A stretch of DNA of 64,000 nucleotides from Rebecca billardiae RCC1528 (Eukaryota; Protista; Haptophyta). The stretch spans positions 4,464,001-4,528,000 of the forward strand of contig OZ251222.1 in the NCBI GenBank assembly GCA_965240325.2, written 5' to 3'. This document shows, one piece after another, positions 1 through 11,298 of this stretch (its first letter is position 1; each line of letters starts with the position of its first letter). Below the pieces are notes generated by a model. The model did not search any database. It was not told the DNA's origin and was given only the letters and a program-made list of their open reading frames with translations. Both the position numbers and the translations under genes were made by a program.

Positions 1-95
1 AGATGGGCATCCTCGCGCTCATGGTGCACGAGAAGCTCGACGGCAACCCGTACATCATCAACTCGCTCCTGGGCTCGCCGGTCCCCTTCAACTAA
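1..95 (+). CDS. 3' end of light-harvesting complex (chlorophyll a/c-binding, LHC family) protein
   Basis: Frame from nt 3 reads MGILALMVHEKLDGNPYIINSLLGSPVPFN*, matching LHC helix 3 and the typical C-terminus; TAA at 93-95; gene begins before the window. Confidence 0.8.
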   Translation, partial: MGILALMVHEKLDGNPYIINSLLGSPVPFN

Positions 96-301
96 GCGCT
101 TGAGTGCTTTTGCAAGTTGAGTGGTCGAGGACGGTGAGAGCCGAGCTGCAGGACGTGCCGCTACGCCGACCAGACGAGATTCGTCTTGCTGCCGGTGGAC
201 ACGACTTCGGCTTTTGGCTACTTGCGCCACCGAGTACTCAGCGACGCAAAACGAGCAGGAATCCGTGCGCGCGCGCGACGGATCCGAGATCGGATCAATC
301 A

Positions 302-397
302 CATGTCACATGATGCATGTTCCCACAGCATGATGCATGACAGCATGTCACATGATGCATGACAGCATGTCACATGATGCATGATAGCATGTCGCAT
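302..397. repeat. Minisatellite, about 22-nt unit CATGTCACATGATGCATGACAG
   Basis: 3-4 imperfect tandem copies visible. Confidence 0.75.
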
Positions 398-635
398 TGT
401 GCAGCCTAAATATGCATCCGGCTACCTAAGGCTACCAATCGTCATGATGCATTAATAATATATTAATAATGGCTCGGCCGGCTAAACGTATAGTTATTCG
501 TCTAAGACAATGATGAAAGTAGGCCCTAGAACGTATTTCTGATTGCGACTAGCTATACAGTGGTCGGCGACTAAGCATCGGACGCAGTGCCATCTGCGGT
601 GACGATGTACATAGATATATTAATAAATATATATA

Positions 636-772
636 TGTCTAGGCTCTAGCCGTCCTCGTGAACGCCGACGCCAACTGCAGGCCGAAGGTGGGGGCTGATG
701 AGCGGCGCTGGCGCCCGGCGTTCTTGTCGTCCTCTTAGACAATCAGATATTGTACCAATAACCCCACATATA
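636..772. mobile_element. Short copy of a dispersed repeat (ends shared with 10738-11298)
   Basis: TCTAGCCGTCCTCG at 645 and 10741; CGTCCTCTTAGACAATCAG..ATATTGT.CCAATAACCCCACATATA at 728-772 and 11252-11298; both follow TA runs. Confidence 0.5.
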
Positions 773-1511
773 ATTTTATATATGACACAGGCACGACGGG
801 GCGCAGCCGAGCTCTGCTCCTGATTCGTCTGTCGAAGTAAGACTTAGTAGTGATTAGTGATTGGAGACGGAGTTCTGTCCGCGGAGCGCGTTGGCTGTGG
901 GTGAGAGAATAATCGTCGCCGATCAGCTCGCGGATCACACGGAGGTAGTGGGCGTCCAGGGATGCCGCTGTGCCTGTATATTTGATTTTGCAGTCGTCGC
1001 CGCCGCGCGGCCGCTTGGTCATCATGTAGTTGCCCGCGTCGGTCCGAGGCTGTTCAAGTTAATGATGCCGTAGTGCAAATAGTCAGGATGTGGTTTCCCT
1101 GGCCGGTGTGCGCGGTCTTGATGATTTTCAGATCGGATTTACTATGATGATCGCGGATCCGGACATCGTCACGACTGCTCAGTGCTCGCGGACATCATCA
1201 CTAGTAGTAGATCGACGATAACGAAGTGATCATCAGCACTCGTCGGGGCTCCATATCAAGCCCGCGGGCCGCCTGAAGGCCGAACCCTGCCCCTGGTGAC
1301 CGGTCATCACCGCTGGCTGCCCGGCAGGCGGCCTCGGGCAGGCGGCAGCCTGGTGGCGATCACGGTCGATATCATCGTGATCGTCGCGGACGGATTAAAT
1401 ACTGGCACTGATGCTGTATCGGCTGTCTATCGTCCGCGCAGGTGGAGTGACGACGACTGACGTGGATGGATGGTTGTCCGAGCCGCGAGGATGACGCCGT
1501 GACGCGTCATG

Positions 1512-1611
<100 letters not shown>

Positions 1612-1830
1612 TCAAAGCTGACTCACTGCTGTCGTGTCTACTGACTAACTTGCATTCTGACGATTGCACTGCGCGTGCTGTAATACGCGACGACGAATAA
1701 TAAATACGTAGTCGCGAATAATGCCGGCGATCGAATGAATCATTATTAGTCATGCGCGGCATCCGCCGCCGATTCCGCGCGAGGCTCCGGCGACGAGGAC
1801 GCGCGAGTATTCTCTCGTCGATCGATCTCG

Positions 1831-1878
<48 letters not shown>

Positions 1879-1890
1879 GTCTCTCTCTCT
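1831..1890. repeat. (TC)n microsatellite
   Basis: Direct observation; decays out to about 1965. Confidence 0.9.
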
Positions 1891-2178
1891 AGCTAGCTCA
1901 TCTTTATTAGTTATAGCTCTGCTCTCATCAGTCTCTCAGCTCTCTCGTCTCTCTAGCTCTCTCTGACTCTGTCTGACGGCCTGACTCGTGATCACTCTCG
2001 TCTAGCTGCCTCTCACCAATATATAGATTAATATAGAATAATTTGCTCATCATTGCTGAGTAGCTTAGCGCAGGCCTCATCAGTAGCGCTACGGCACTCA
2101 CGAGTCACGGTCCCGTCGGAGACGGAATAATCATAGTTAAGTAGTAGTATTAGTATATATATATATATAGTATCCAAG

Positions 2179-2478
2179 ATGGGGCGGGACACGTGGCGCG
2201 CGCGCCTCAGCGCGCCCTCGCGCCCCGCCGCCGAGCGCGCGCTGCTCGGCACCATGCGGCGCGAGCTGGGCATGCGCTGCCTGCGTGGCCAGGCCAAGAT
2301 GCTCATCGCCCGCGCGCGCATGGCGCACGTGCGCCCGGGGGCACGCGCCCGCGGGGGCACTGCGTACGACGACTGCTTCGAGACGACGGCTGACGACGCG
2401 TGGCACCGCGACCACCGCGGTGGCGCGCGCGCGTCGACGCCAGACGGTGCGTCGAGCTTCCGCTCGGCGATGGAGTGA
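2179..2478 (+). pseudogene. Possible 5'-truncated remnant of a non-LTR (restriction-like endonuclease type) retroelement ORF
   Basis: Coding-like codon usage between TA tracts; RRELGMRCLRGQAKMLIAR resembles the C-terminal 'RlsvalqRgnA.ll' motif of such elements (recall only). Confidence 0.3.
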
Positions 2479-2670
2479 TGGGCGACTACGAGGGGGGGGG
2501 GGACGACGGCGAGGAGCGCTGATCCTGATGTTTGTCTCTGCTGCTCGATCTGCCGCTACAGCTTGCTGACTCTGACGCCTGCCCGTTGCATACCACGTCG
2601 TTAATATATATATATAGTATAGCGCGCTATATAGTTGAATATATAATAATATATTATATATAATATGTAT

Positions 2671-4216
2671 GGCGGGCCGTAGGTCCGCCCCTTGTAGTGC
2701 CCGGGAAAAAGATAAGAAAAGAAAAGAATAAAGAAAATCGCCTCGCCAAGAAAAGAAAATCGCTTCGCTCACTACCGGGCGCCCTCGCAGCTCCCACTGG
2801 GGACGCTCGGCCGAAAAAGGGTTGCCCATGGCGCGGAGCGCGTGGGCGGCGCGCGCCACATCCAACGCCGGCGCGGACATCGTGAGAGGACTCCCGAGGG
2901 GAGTTTTCGCCCGATTCGCGATTGCTGCCCTCGTCGTCTCGCGTGAAGGTCGAACGGGGCCCAAATCGACGCGTTTGGAGCGGTACGCTCGGCGCGTCGA
3001 CACGATCGTGAGACCTGGGGCGGTCCTCGCCCGACGTGCACGTCGAAAGCTCGCACCGGCCATAGCATCATGCGCTGCGCACGATGACCGCCTCGCGCGA
3101 TCCACCGTCGCGCGTCGGGCTCGGTGCGAGAAAGCCCTCATCACGAGGCGTCTCGCGGGCGGGAAGCGCCATCGCACGCGACGCAAGATTTGGCGCGGCC
3201 TTCTGAACTCGATCGCCGGAATCCGCGCACCGGACTCAGTCATTGCTCGCGGTCCGGTCCCTCAGCCGAAGCCCACGTCCGGCCTGCATGGCGTCGACGG
3301 TGACCAATGCGACGGAAGCGCAGCGCCAACGGCGTACGACGCGCAGCGGACGCACCTCCCGGGTCTGTCGCCGTGGCAGCAACCGCGTCATCGCGAGTTG
3401 GCGACCCTCGCCGCAGCGCGACACAGACAAGCCCGTGATGCCATCCGCAGAGAGATGAAACGTCGAGCATGCAACATCGCCGCGCCATGGCCTCGTCCAT
3501 GGCGCAGGCGCTGCGGGACGAGGCGGAAGTCGTCACGCCGGTGACGGATGCGCTGGGATTCGTGTGCTCGCGTGAGCAGCGCTTGCCCACTCTCGATCGC
3601 GAGTGGCACACGCTGTCGCTGTGCGCGCGCGCGCGCACAACCAACAGCTCCTCGTGCCGCCGAGCACACGAGCGCCAGACCTGTCGAAGATGCGAAGAGC
3701 GACGACCGCGTAAACGTCAACGCGCTCGTGCTCAGCGTGGCGGCCGTGTACGACGTCAACGCGACCTGCGCCGAGCCCATCATGCCTGGAGCGGACACCG
3801 GCAAGCATCCTCGCGACGACCGCTCTCGGCTGGCGGCAGGAGGACATGCACATGATCTACTCTGGCGGCTTCGTCGGCGGCGAGGCGCTCGATTACGCCG
3901 TCGCGGTCGACATGCGGCACATACAGCGCGTACCCGCGCTCGCGCGGAGCAACGGGCTACCCGGCCCGCCCCGCGTGCTGCACATTCCCTCGTGGGTGTG
4001 GGGCCTCGCTGATGCACATACGAGCAGTACAGACTGCAGACCGGTCACGGTGTAACTACACGTCGGGGAGCCAACTTCACGTGTCACTGGTCCTTGCACT
4101 CGACTGTCCGTCACCCACGGCCACGAGCGAATGTGGAAAGACGCGAACCCGCAGAGGATACATTGCGACAGCACTGGCACGGCCCGCCGACCCCCCCGCC
4201 CGCCAGGGCACAGTTT
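2671..4216 (+). mobile_element. Degenerate transposon-like unit, copy 1 of a tandem ~1.55-kb duplication
   Basis: Aligns end to end with 4226-5757; GGCGGGCCGT at start is the inverse of ACGGCCCGCC near the end; frameshifted ORF remnants; TA-rich flanks. Confidence 0.65.
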
Positions 4217-4225
4217 AATATATAT

Positions 4226-5757
4226 GGCGGGCCGTGGCGGGCCGTAGGTCCGCCCCTGGTAGTGCCCGGGAAAAAGATAAGAAAAAGAAAAGGAAAAAGA
4301 AGAAAATCGCCTCGCAAAGAAAAGAAACTCGCCTTGCTTGCACTACCGGGCGCCCTCGCAGCTCCACTGGGGACGCTCGGCCGAAAAAGGGTTGCCCATG
4401 GCGCGGAGCGCATGGGCGGCGCGCGCCAAATCCAACGCCGGCTCGGACATCGTGAGAGGACTCCCGAGGGGGTTTTCGCCCGATTCGCGATTGCTGCCCT
4501 CGTCGTCTCGCGTGCAGGTCGAACGGGGGCCAAAGTCGACGCATTTGGAGGTACGCTCGGCGCGTCGACACGATCGTGCGACCTGGGGCGGTCCTCGCCT
4601 GACGTGCACGTCGAGCGCTCGCACGGGCCATAGTATTAAGCGCTGCGCACGACAACCACCTCGCGCGATCCACCGCCGCGCGTCGGGCTCGGTGCGGAAA
4701 GGCCCTCATCACGAGGTGTCTCGCGGGCGGGAAGCGCCATCGCACGCGACGCAAGATTTGGCTCGGCCTTCTGAACTCGATCGCCGGAATCCGCGCACCG
4801 GACTGTCGCTCGCGGTCCCTCAGCCCGAGTGAAGCCCACGTCCGGCGTGCATGGCGTCGACGGTGACCAATGCGACGGAAGCGCAGCGCCAACGGCGTAC
4901 GACGCGCAGCGGACGCACCTCCCGGGTCTGTCGCCGTGGCAGCAACCGCCTCTTCGCGAGTTGGCGACCCTCGCCGCAGCGCGACACAGACAAGCCCGTG
5001 ATGCCATCCGCAGAGAGATGAATCGTCGAGCATGCAACATCGACGCGCCATCCTCGTCCATGGCGCAGGTGCTGCGGGACGAGGCGGACGTCGTCACGCC
5101 GGTGACGGATGCGCTGCGAATCGTGTGCCTGCGTGAGCAGCTCGTGCCCACTCTCGATCGCGAGTGGCACACGCTGTCGCTGTGCGCGCGTGCGCGCACA
5201 ACCAACAGCTCCTCGTGCCGCCAAACACGCGGGCGCCAGACCTGTCGAAGAGGCGAAGAGCGACGACCGCGTGAACGTCAACGCGCTCGTGCTCAGCGTG
5301 GCGGCCGTGTACGATGTCAACGCGACCTGCGCCGAGCCCATCATGCCCGGAGCGGACATCGGCAAGCGTCTTCGCGACGACCGCTCTCGGCTGGCGGCAG
5401 GAGGACATGCACACGATCTACTCTGGCGGTTTCGTCGGCGGCGAGGCGCTCGATTACGCCATCGCGGTCGAGATGCGGCACATACAGCGCGTACCCGTGC
5501 TCGCGCGGAGCAACGGGCTACCCGGCCCGCCCCGCGTGCTGCACATTCCCTCGTGGGTGTGGGCCTCGCTGATGCGCGCGAACGCGTACCGCACCGCGTG
5601 GGAGTGAACTGACTACTGAGTCACCTAGGTGTCACTGGTCCGACTGTCCGTCACCCGGCCACGAGCGAATGCTGTGGAAAGACGCGAACCCGAAGAGGAA
5701 ACATTGCGACAGCACTGGCACGGCCCGCCGACCCCCCCGCCCGCCAGGGCACAGTTT
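4226..5757 (+). mobile_element. Degenerate transposon-like unit, copy 2 (Ulp1-protease-like remnant)
   Basis: Same ends (...CGCCAGGGCACAGTTT); remnant EDMHTIYSGGFVGGEALDYAI...RVLHIPSWVWASLM loosely resembles the start of a peptidase C48 domain. Confidence 0.6.
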
Positions 5758-6064
5758 TATATTAATTTCCATTCTAGCTCGATCATGATGAACGGTTACG
5801 GTAGCCGGCTGGCACGGCTCAGACTGTCAGGCTGGCACCGTGTCACTGTCCGTGTTCCGGCTCGGGAGACTGGCGGAGTCGCTGCGGGACGCCGGACGCC
5901 AGTGCGGCGGGGCGCCGGGGCGGCACTCGCTTCGTGGCACTCGTGACTCGACGCCTTGAAGCCGTCCGAGCGGCCTGGCACGGCGGGCGATGATGAAGTT
6001 CGGCGGCGTCGGGCCGCAAGCCCCACAAATAACACTAGGTGATGACGCTTGACGCTGCCACTCG

Positions 6065-9040
6065 TCAGTGGTGATGCCGCCTGCGATGCCGGCTGCGATC
6101 GGTCATCACCGCGACCGGCCGGCTCATGGGCGGGCTCGCCTTGAAGTAGTTGCTCGGATCCTCCCACGGACGCGAGCCAGGGTCATCGCGCGCGTTGGTG
6201 TACGGCAGGTACTGCGAGGACGGACCGGAGTACGCCTCCGCGTTCCACGACGAGTCGACGGGCGCGGGGCACGGAGCGAGGAAGTCGAGCGCGGGCGGCA
6301 CCTTGACGTTCACGCGCCCCGCCTCCTTGACGGACGCGGGGGCATTCTTGACGCGGAAGAAGTTGCCCATGCCCAGCACGAGGTGAGCCTCCTGCACCGC
6401 CGCGCGCGCGCGCATCGTGGGCCGGGCGCGCGCCACCACGCGGCGCCGGTGAGAAGTGGTGGTGGTGGCGGCTCGGCGCGGCGCGCGCACCATGTGGCAG
6501 TGCATGAACCACACGCCCGGGTTCTTGGCGACGAAGCGCAGGTACGCCCACGACTTGTACATGACGGTCACGGTGTCGACGCACAGCGCGTCCTTCTCGT
6601 TGAGGCTGGCGCGGTCGCGCTTGGGCTCGTACCGGCCCTCGCCCATGCCGAGGACGTGGAAGCAGTGGCCGTGCAGGTGCCACGGGTGCACCTCGGTCGG
6701 GTCGTCGTTGTTCAGCACGAGGTCGACCACCTCGCCGTACTCGATGTCGAACGCGGCGGCGCCGAACTGCTTGTCGGCGGACTGCTGCCCGCGCCGGATC
6801 AGGTTGTACGCGAGCGAGGCGTCGAGCTTGGTGCCGCCCTGCTCCATGAGCGACTGCGCGAGGAAGGGCACGCGCGGCTTGTCCGCGGTGGGCAGCAGCG
6901 GGCTGCCCACCTCGCTGAACGAGATGTTGTACACCGCCCAGCGGAACCACTCCGCGTCCTCGGGCGCGGACACCATGCCCGGCCCGACCAGCTTCGCCGT
7001 CTCGGGCGGCAGCTGGCCCGGCCACCACACGTTGAAGAGCATGTCGATCGGCTCGCGCAGCTTCTGCCCGCGCTCGGCGCGCGGGACGGGCGGGTTGTAG
7101 CCGTCCACAAAGCTGCCCTGGCCCCGGCTCGGCGGGAGCGGCTTGAACATCTGCGTCTCGATGCCGACCCGCACCATCTTGTCGCGCTCCTCGTTCGTGA
7201 GCGACTGGTACCAGTTCACGCCCGTGTACCCGGAGTCGAGCTCGTCGCCCGCGCCCACGTAGGACAGGACGGCCTGCGCGGCCGGCAGCCTGTAGTTGAC
7301 GTTGGCGCCTGCGCGCGCACGGCGGTCGCGTCCGCGCGTGGGCGAGCGCCCCAGCACGCGCGCCCCCTCCCCGCCCCGCCCCGCCGCCGCCACCCGCGCG
7401 CGCGTCCGCGGCCGCGCGCGCGCGGCCGCACCGGTGCAGAAGTCCTTGAGCGTCATCGGCCCGCCCCACTTGACGTCCGGGTTGCCCACGAGCGGGGCGA
7501 GCTCGTTGGTGCACTCGGGCGAGGCGGCCTGCCGCCCCCACGTGGAGACGACCATCGGGTAGTTGGTGCCCGTCTGCCCGCTCGCCTCGAGGACGACCGA
7601 GTAGCGCTGCCCGAGGTTGATCATCAGCGAGTCCACCTTCGTGGGCTGCAGCCACACGCCGCCGGCCTGCACCACCGTCATCGAGTGCCCCGGGATCGTC
7701 AGGTTGTACGGCAGCAGCGCCCCCGCCGCCACGATGCGCAGCAGGTACGACTTGCCCGGCTCCACGAAGAAGCGGCTGAAGTAGTTCACGTCCTTCTTGT
7801 TGCACGGCGCGGCTGGGAGCTGGCGGTCGCCGGGCAGCCAGCCGGGGCCAGCGAGGCCCTTGCCGTTGACGAGCAGCGACTGCGGGTTGCCCACCCAGTA
7901 GCTGCGCCGAGCGCGCGCAGGGAAGAAGCCCGCAAGCGCGCGAGAGCCCGGTCAGGCGCGCACGCGCCGTGGCGCGCGGGCAGCGGGCGCGGGCACGCGC
8001 GCTCGCGGCGCGCGCGCATACGGGTACTGGCGCGAGAGGCCCCACTCCATCGAGTCGCCCGAGTGGTTCCACCAGCCGTGGATCAGCATCACGGGCAGCT
8101 CCTCGTCGTAAGGCGGGATGCCCTTGGGCCGCTCGGTGCCGCGCCGTGGTAGGATCACAAACGCGCCAAACATGCCGTCCTGCACTGCGCACCGCGGGGG
8201 CGGCGGGCGCGGGCACGGGCGGGCGGGGCGCGGCGGCGGGGGGGGGGGGGGGGGGGCACGCGATGGGAGGGTCGCGCGCCACGCGCGCGCGTGTGAGGGG
8301 GAGATGCCGATGCGCGCCGCTCGCCCGCGCCGCCGCCGCGCGCTCCGCACAGCCGCGCGCCGCCGGGCCGCGCGCGCGCACTGTCCAGGCCCATGTGCGC
8401 GTGCCACCAGTGGGTGCCCGGCGCCTCGTCCGCCGTGTCGATCACGTACGTAAAGCTGCGGCACGCGCGGCGGCACGCGGTCGCGCGCCTCGCGTGAGCC
8501 ACCCGCGTCCCGCGGCGTGCGAGGCCCGAGGCCGCGCGCGCGCAGCGCGGCGCACCTCTGGTTGAAGCCGATCGGGCACTGCGTCACGTAGCCGACGCCG
8601 TCGTACCACTGCTTGCCGCGCATCTGGAGGCCGTGCCAGTGCACGGTCATGCCCTGCCGGATGTTGTGCCCCTGGTCCTTGCGCACCATCAGGTTTGTCA
8701 CGTGCACCTCCACAATGTCGCCCTGCTCGACGCGCACCTCGGGGCCGGGGAATTGGCCGTTGCACGTGATGTGCTGCCGCTTGTTCCCGTGGCGGTCGGT
8801 GCCACCGTAACAGTCCGGGTCGAGCTGGCGGTTGATCGTGAACGTCCAGTCGTACTTGACCACGCGCCTCGAGTTGCGGTGCCAGGGATGCCCCTCGAGC
8901 GACGCGTCACGGTCGCCGAGCATCAACTTGTCAGGGTCCTCGCGTACCGGCTTCGCGAGCCAGATCGCGCACAGCGCAAGAAACGCGAGAGAGACGAGCG
9001 CACACGCGCCCATCACAGCCGAGCGGCGAGCCTCCGCCAT
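6065..9040 (-). CDS. Multicopper oxidase (laccase/ascorbate oxidase-like), N-terminal signal anchor, 5 introns
   Basis: Copper motifs TVHWHG, WWHAH, HPWHLHGH, WFMHCHM|EAHLVLGM; GT-AG introns about 8456-8555, 8186-8381, 7902-8021, 7308-7433, 6392-6490. Confidence 0.95.
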
Positions 9041-9370
9041 ATTCGCTGGCTGCCTCGCCACGCGTCGCACGAGACCGCCGCGCAGCCGTCCGTGAGTTGC
9101 GCCGAAAAGCCGTGAGATACGCGCGATCTCCGCCGAATACTTATTGAGGCGAGTACTCACCCCATCAGGACCAAATGTGAGATCGAGGAGTTGCGCCAAT
9201 CACCAATCACCTCGGCAGCGGCCGCGGTCCTTCCCTGCTCTTGAGCGCTTCACGGCTTCACCGCCCGCTGCCCACAGGCCACAACCGGAACCAGGTGACA
9301 CCCGTCGCCAGGCTCGGTTGCCGGCGCTTCCAGGCGGCGATCGCGCGCCGTTCTGGGCGGCAGCGCGGCG

Positions 9371-9841
9371 ATGGCGGCGGGGCAGCCGCTGAGTTACGGC
9401 AATGTCAACACGCTGAATCCGTATACGGACGCGTACGTGGGCGTGGCCTCGGGCAACCTCATCACCGCCAGCCCGGGCGTGCTGAACATCACCGGCCTCT
9501 CGGTCGGCAACCTGCTCGCAGGAAGTCCTGGGCTGGTCAACATGCTGGGCATGGGCACGGCGGCGTCCTACGTCGCGTCGCCGCAGCTTTTGCAGGGCGT
9601 CGGGCTGTTCACGGGAGGTAACGCGACCGAGTCGCCGTTCGGCGTCTTTGTCGCTGGCGCGAGCCTGGGTAACGCGATGACGACATCACCGCAGCTCGTG
9701 TCTGCGACGGGAGCGGTGGGGGGTATCGCTGCAGCCGCAACGCCGACGCTGCTGTCAGCCGTGGGGTGGACGGCGCTCCCAAAGGAAACGGACGACGGAA
9801 CGGACAACCCACCCGAGCCTGCACGATGGGATCTGAGATGA
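9371..9841 (+). CDS. Uncharacterised 18-residue-repeat protein, paralog 1 (156 aa)
   Basis: Intronless ATG ORF with coding codon bias; near-identical protein to 10261-10695 with mostly synonymous or conservative changes. Confidence 0.85.
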   Translation: MAAGQPLSYGNVNTLNPYTDAYVGVASGNLITASPGVLNITGLSVGNLLAGSPGLVNMLGMGTAASYVASPQLLQGVGLFTGGNATESPFGVFVAGASLGNAMTTSPQLVSATGAVGGIAAAATPTLLSAVGWTALPKETDDGTDNPPEPARWDLR

Positions 9842-10260
9842 TGACCCGGCCACCGCTTGGTGCGGGTCCAGGCATAGGATCTGGCCAGGGCGTCCAGGGC
9901 GGGACACCTTGGTGCAGTCCTGCAGCTTGGCAGGCGGTGGGCTGCCTGCCACTTCTCGCCGACGACTCGGACGCGTCAGCGGTCGCAGACCTCGCAAAAT
10001 GATGCTTCGTCGAGTTGCTGTCTCACTCACACTGGCATCATGATGTCAGCTTTTGAGTGGTGTCACACCGCCCCGCCCACCCGCGCCGGCGCGGCGGCGC
10101 CATCGAAACTCATCAAAACTGAGATCGCTGGTCCAAGAAGCACACCCGCCATCGTGAGCGAGGGACCTCTCCTCGAGCTGGCGCCACTCGCCTCGCTGGG
10201 CGAGGGCAACATCGCGGGATTTTTGGTCTCCGCCAGCCGGTTGCATACGTATCTATCCAG

Positions 10261-10695
10261 ATGCCCGCGGAGGGCGTGGTGTATGGCAACCTCAACACGC
10301 TGAACCCGTATGTCGACGCGTACGTGGGCGTTGCATCCGGCAACCTCGTCACCGCCAGCCCGGGTGTGCTGAACATCACTGGCCTGTCGGTCGGCAACCT
10401 CCCTGCTGCGAGCCCAGGCCTGATCAATATCCTCGGCATGGGCACGGCGGCGTCCTACGTCGCATCGCCACAGGTGATTCAGGGTGTTGGCCTGTTCACA
10501 GGCGGTAACGCGACCGAGTCACCCTTTGGCGTCTTCGTCGCAGGTTCGAGCCTGGGCAACGCGATGACGACATCGCCGCAGATCGTATCTGCAACGGGCG
10601 CCGTAGGAGCCATTGCCGCAGCCGCGTCGCCGACGCTTCTCTCTGCCGTGGGCTGGACACTCGTTCCGGACTCGGACCCAGACGCGGCTGTCTGA
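10261..10695 (+). CDS. Uncharacterised 18-residue-repeat protein, paralog 2 (144 aa)
   Basis: Paralog of 9371-9841; same repeat register. Confidence 0.85.
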   Translation: MPAEGVVYGNLNTLNPYVDAYVGVASGNLVTASPGVLNITGLSVGNLPAASPGLINILGMGTAASYVASPQVIQGVGLFTGGNATESPFGVFVAGSSLGNAMTTSPQIVSATGAVGAIAAAASPTLLSAVGWTLVPDSDPDAAV

Positions 10696-10737
10696 GCACA
10701 GAGCCGTGCCGATAGTACCACATCTATATATATATAT

Positions 10738-11298
10738 ATGTCTAGCCGTCCTCGAAGCGCCTGCGCCATCCAGATGCAGCGAGGAGGCGAGGCACACGCC
10801 GCAGCTTGGAAGACGCAGCTCAAGAGCCGCCAAGCCGCACGAGAGCGAGGCACGAGGCACCATCGTGCAGAGGCGGGCGCCCTGAAAGATGCCGAGGCCC
10901 AGTGACAGCTGCAGCCATCAGGACAGTGGGCGCTTCCGAAACGAAGGGCGTCGTCCGCTGCGTGAGCGAGAGAGACACAGGGCCGCGTCGGTCGGCTCGG
11001 CGCCAGATGAAAGAATCCAGGCCACCAATTGGCTGTCCAGAGCCACCATGCCAACCCGCTCAAAGCTCAGGAGCAGCACAACGAGTTAGCTAGTTCTCGG
11101 GGCCGTTGTGCGCGCGCACAGAGCAGGCTCGAAAGACCCTCGTGGCACGAGAAGAGGGTGGCCAAGATGGCAGCCGGACTTGCGCTCGGCCGCCTGCCTC
11201 GGGCCGATTGGCAGGCAGGTGTTGATACCATACGGCGCATTGCGCTCCCACCGTCCTCTTAGACAATCAGTTATATTGTGCCAATAACCCCACATATA
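10738..11298. mobile_element. Longer copy of the dispersed repeat sharing ends with 636-772
   Basis: Shared left 14-mer and right ~45-mer; TGTCTA...TAGACA inverted hexamer; follows (TA)n. Confidence 0.5.

Noticed and set aside
302-397. CRISPR-like array
   Set aside because: No unique spacers; simple minisatellite in eukaryotic DNA
9371-10695. RiPP precursor with repeated cores
   Set aside because: No dibasic or other cleavage sites, no leader or signal, and repeats are divergent; a structural repeat fits better, though a RiPP is not excluded
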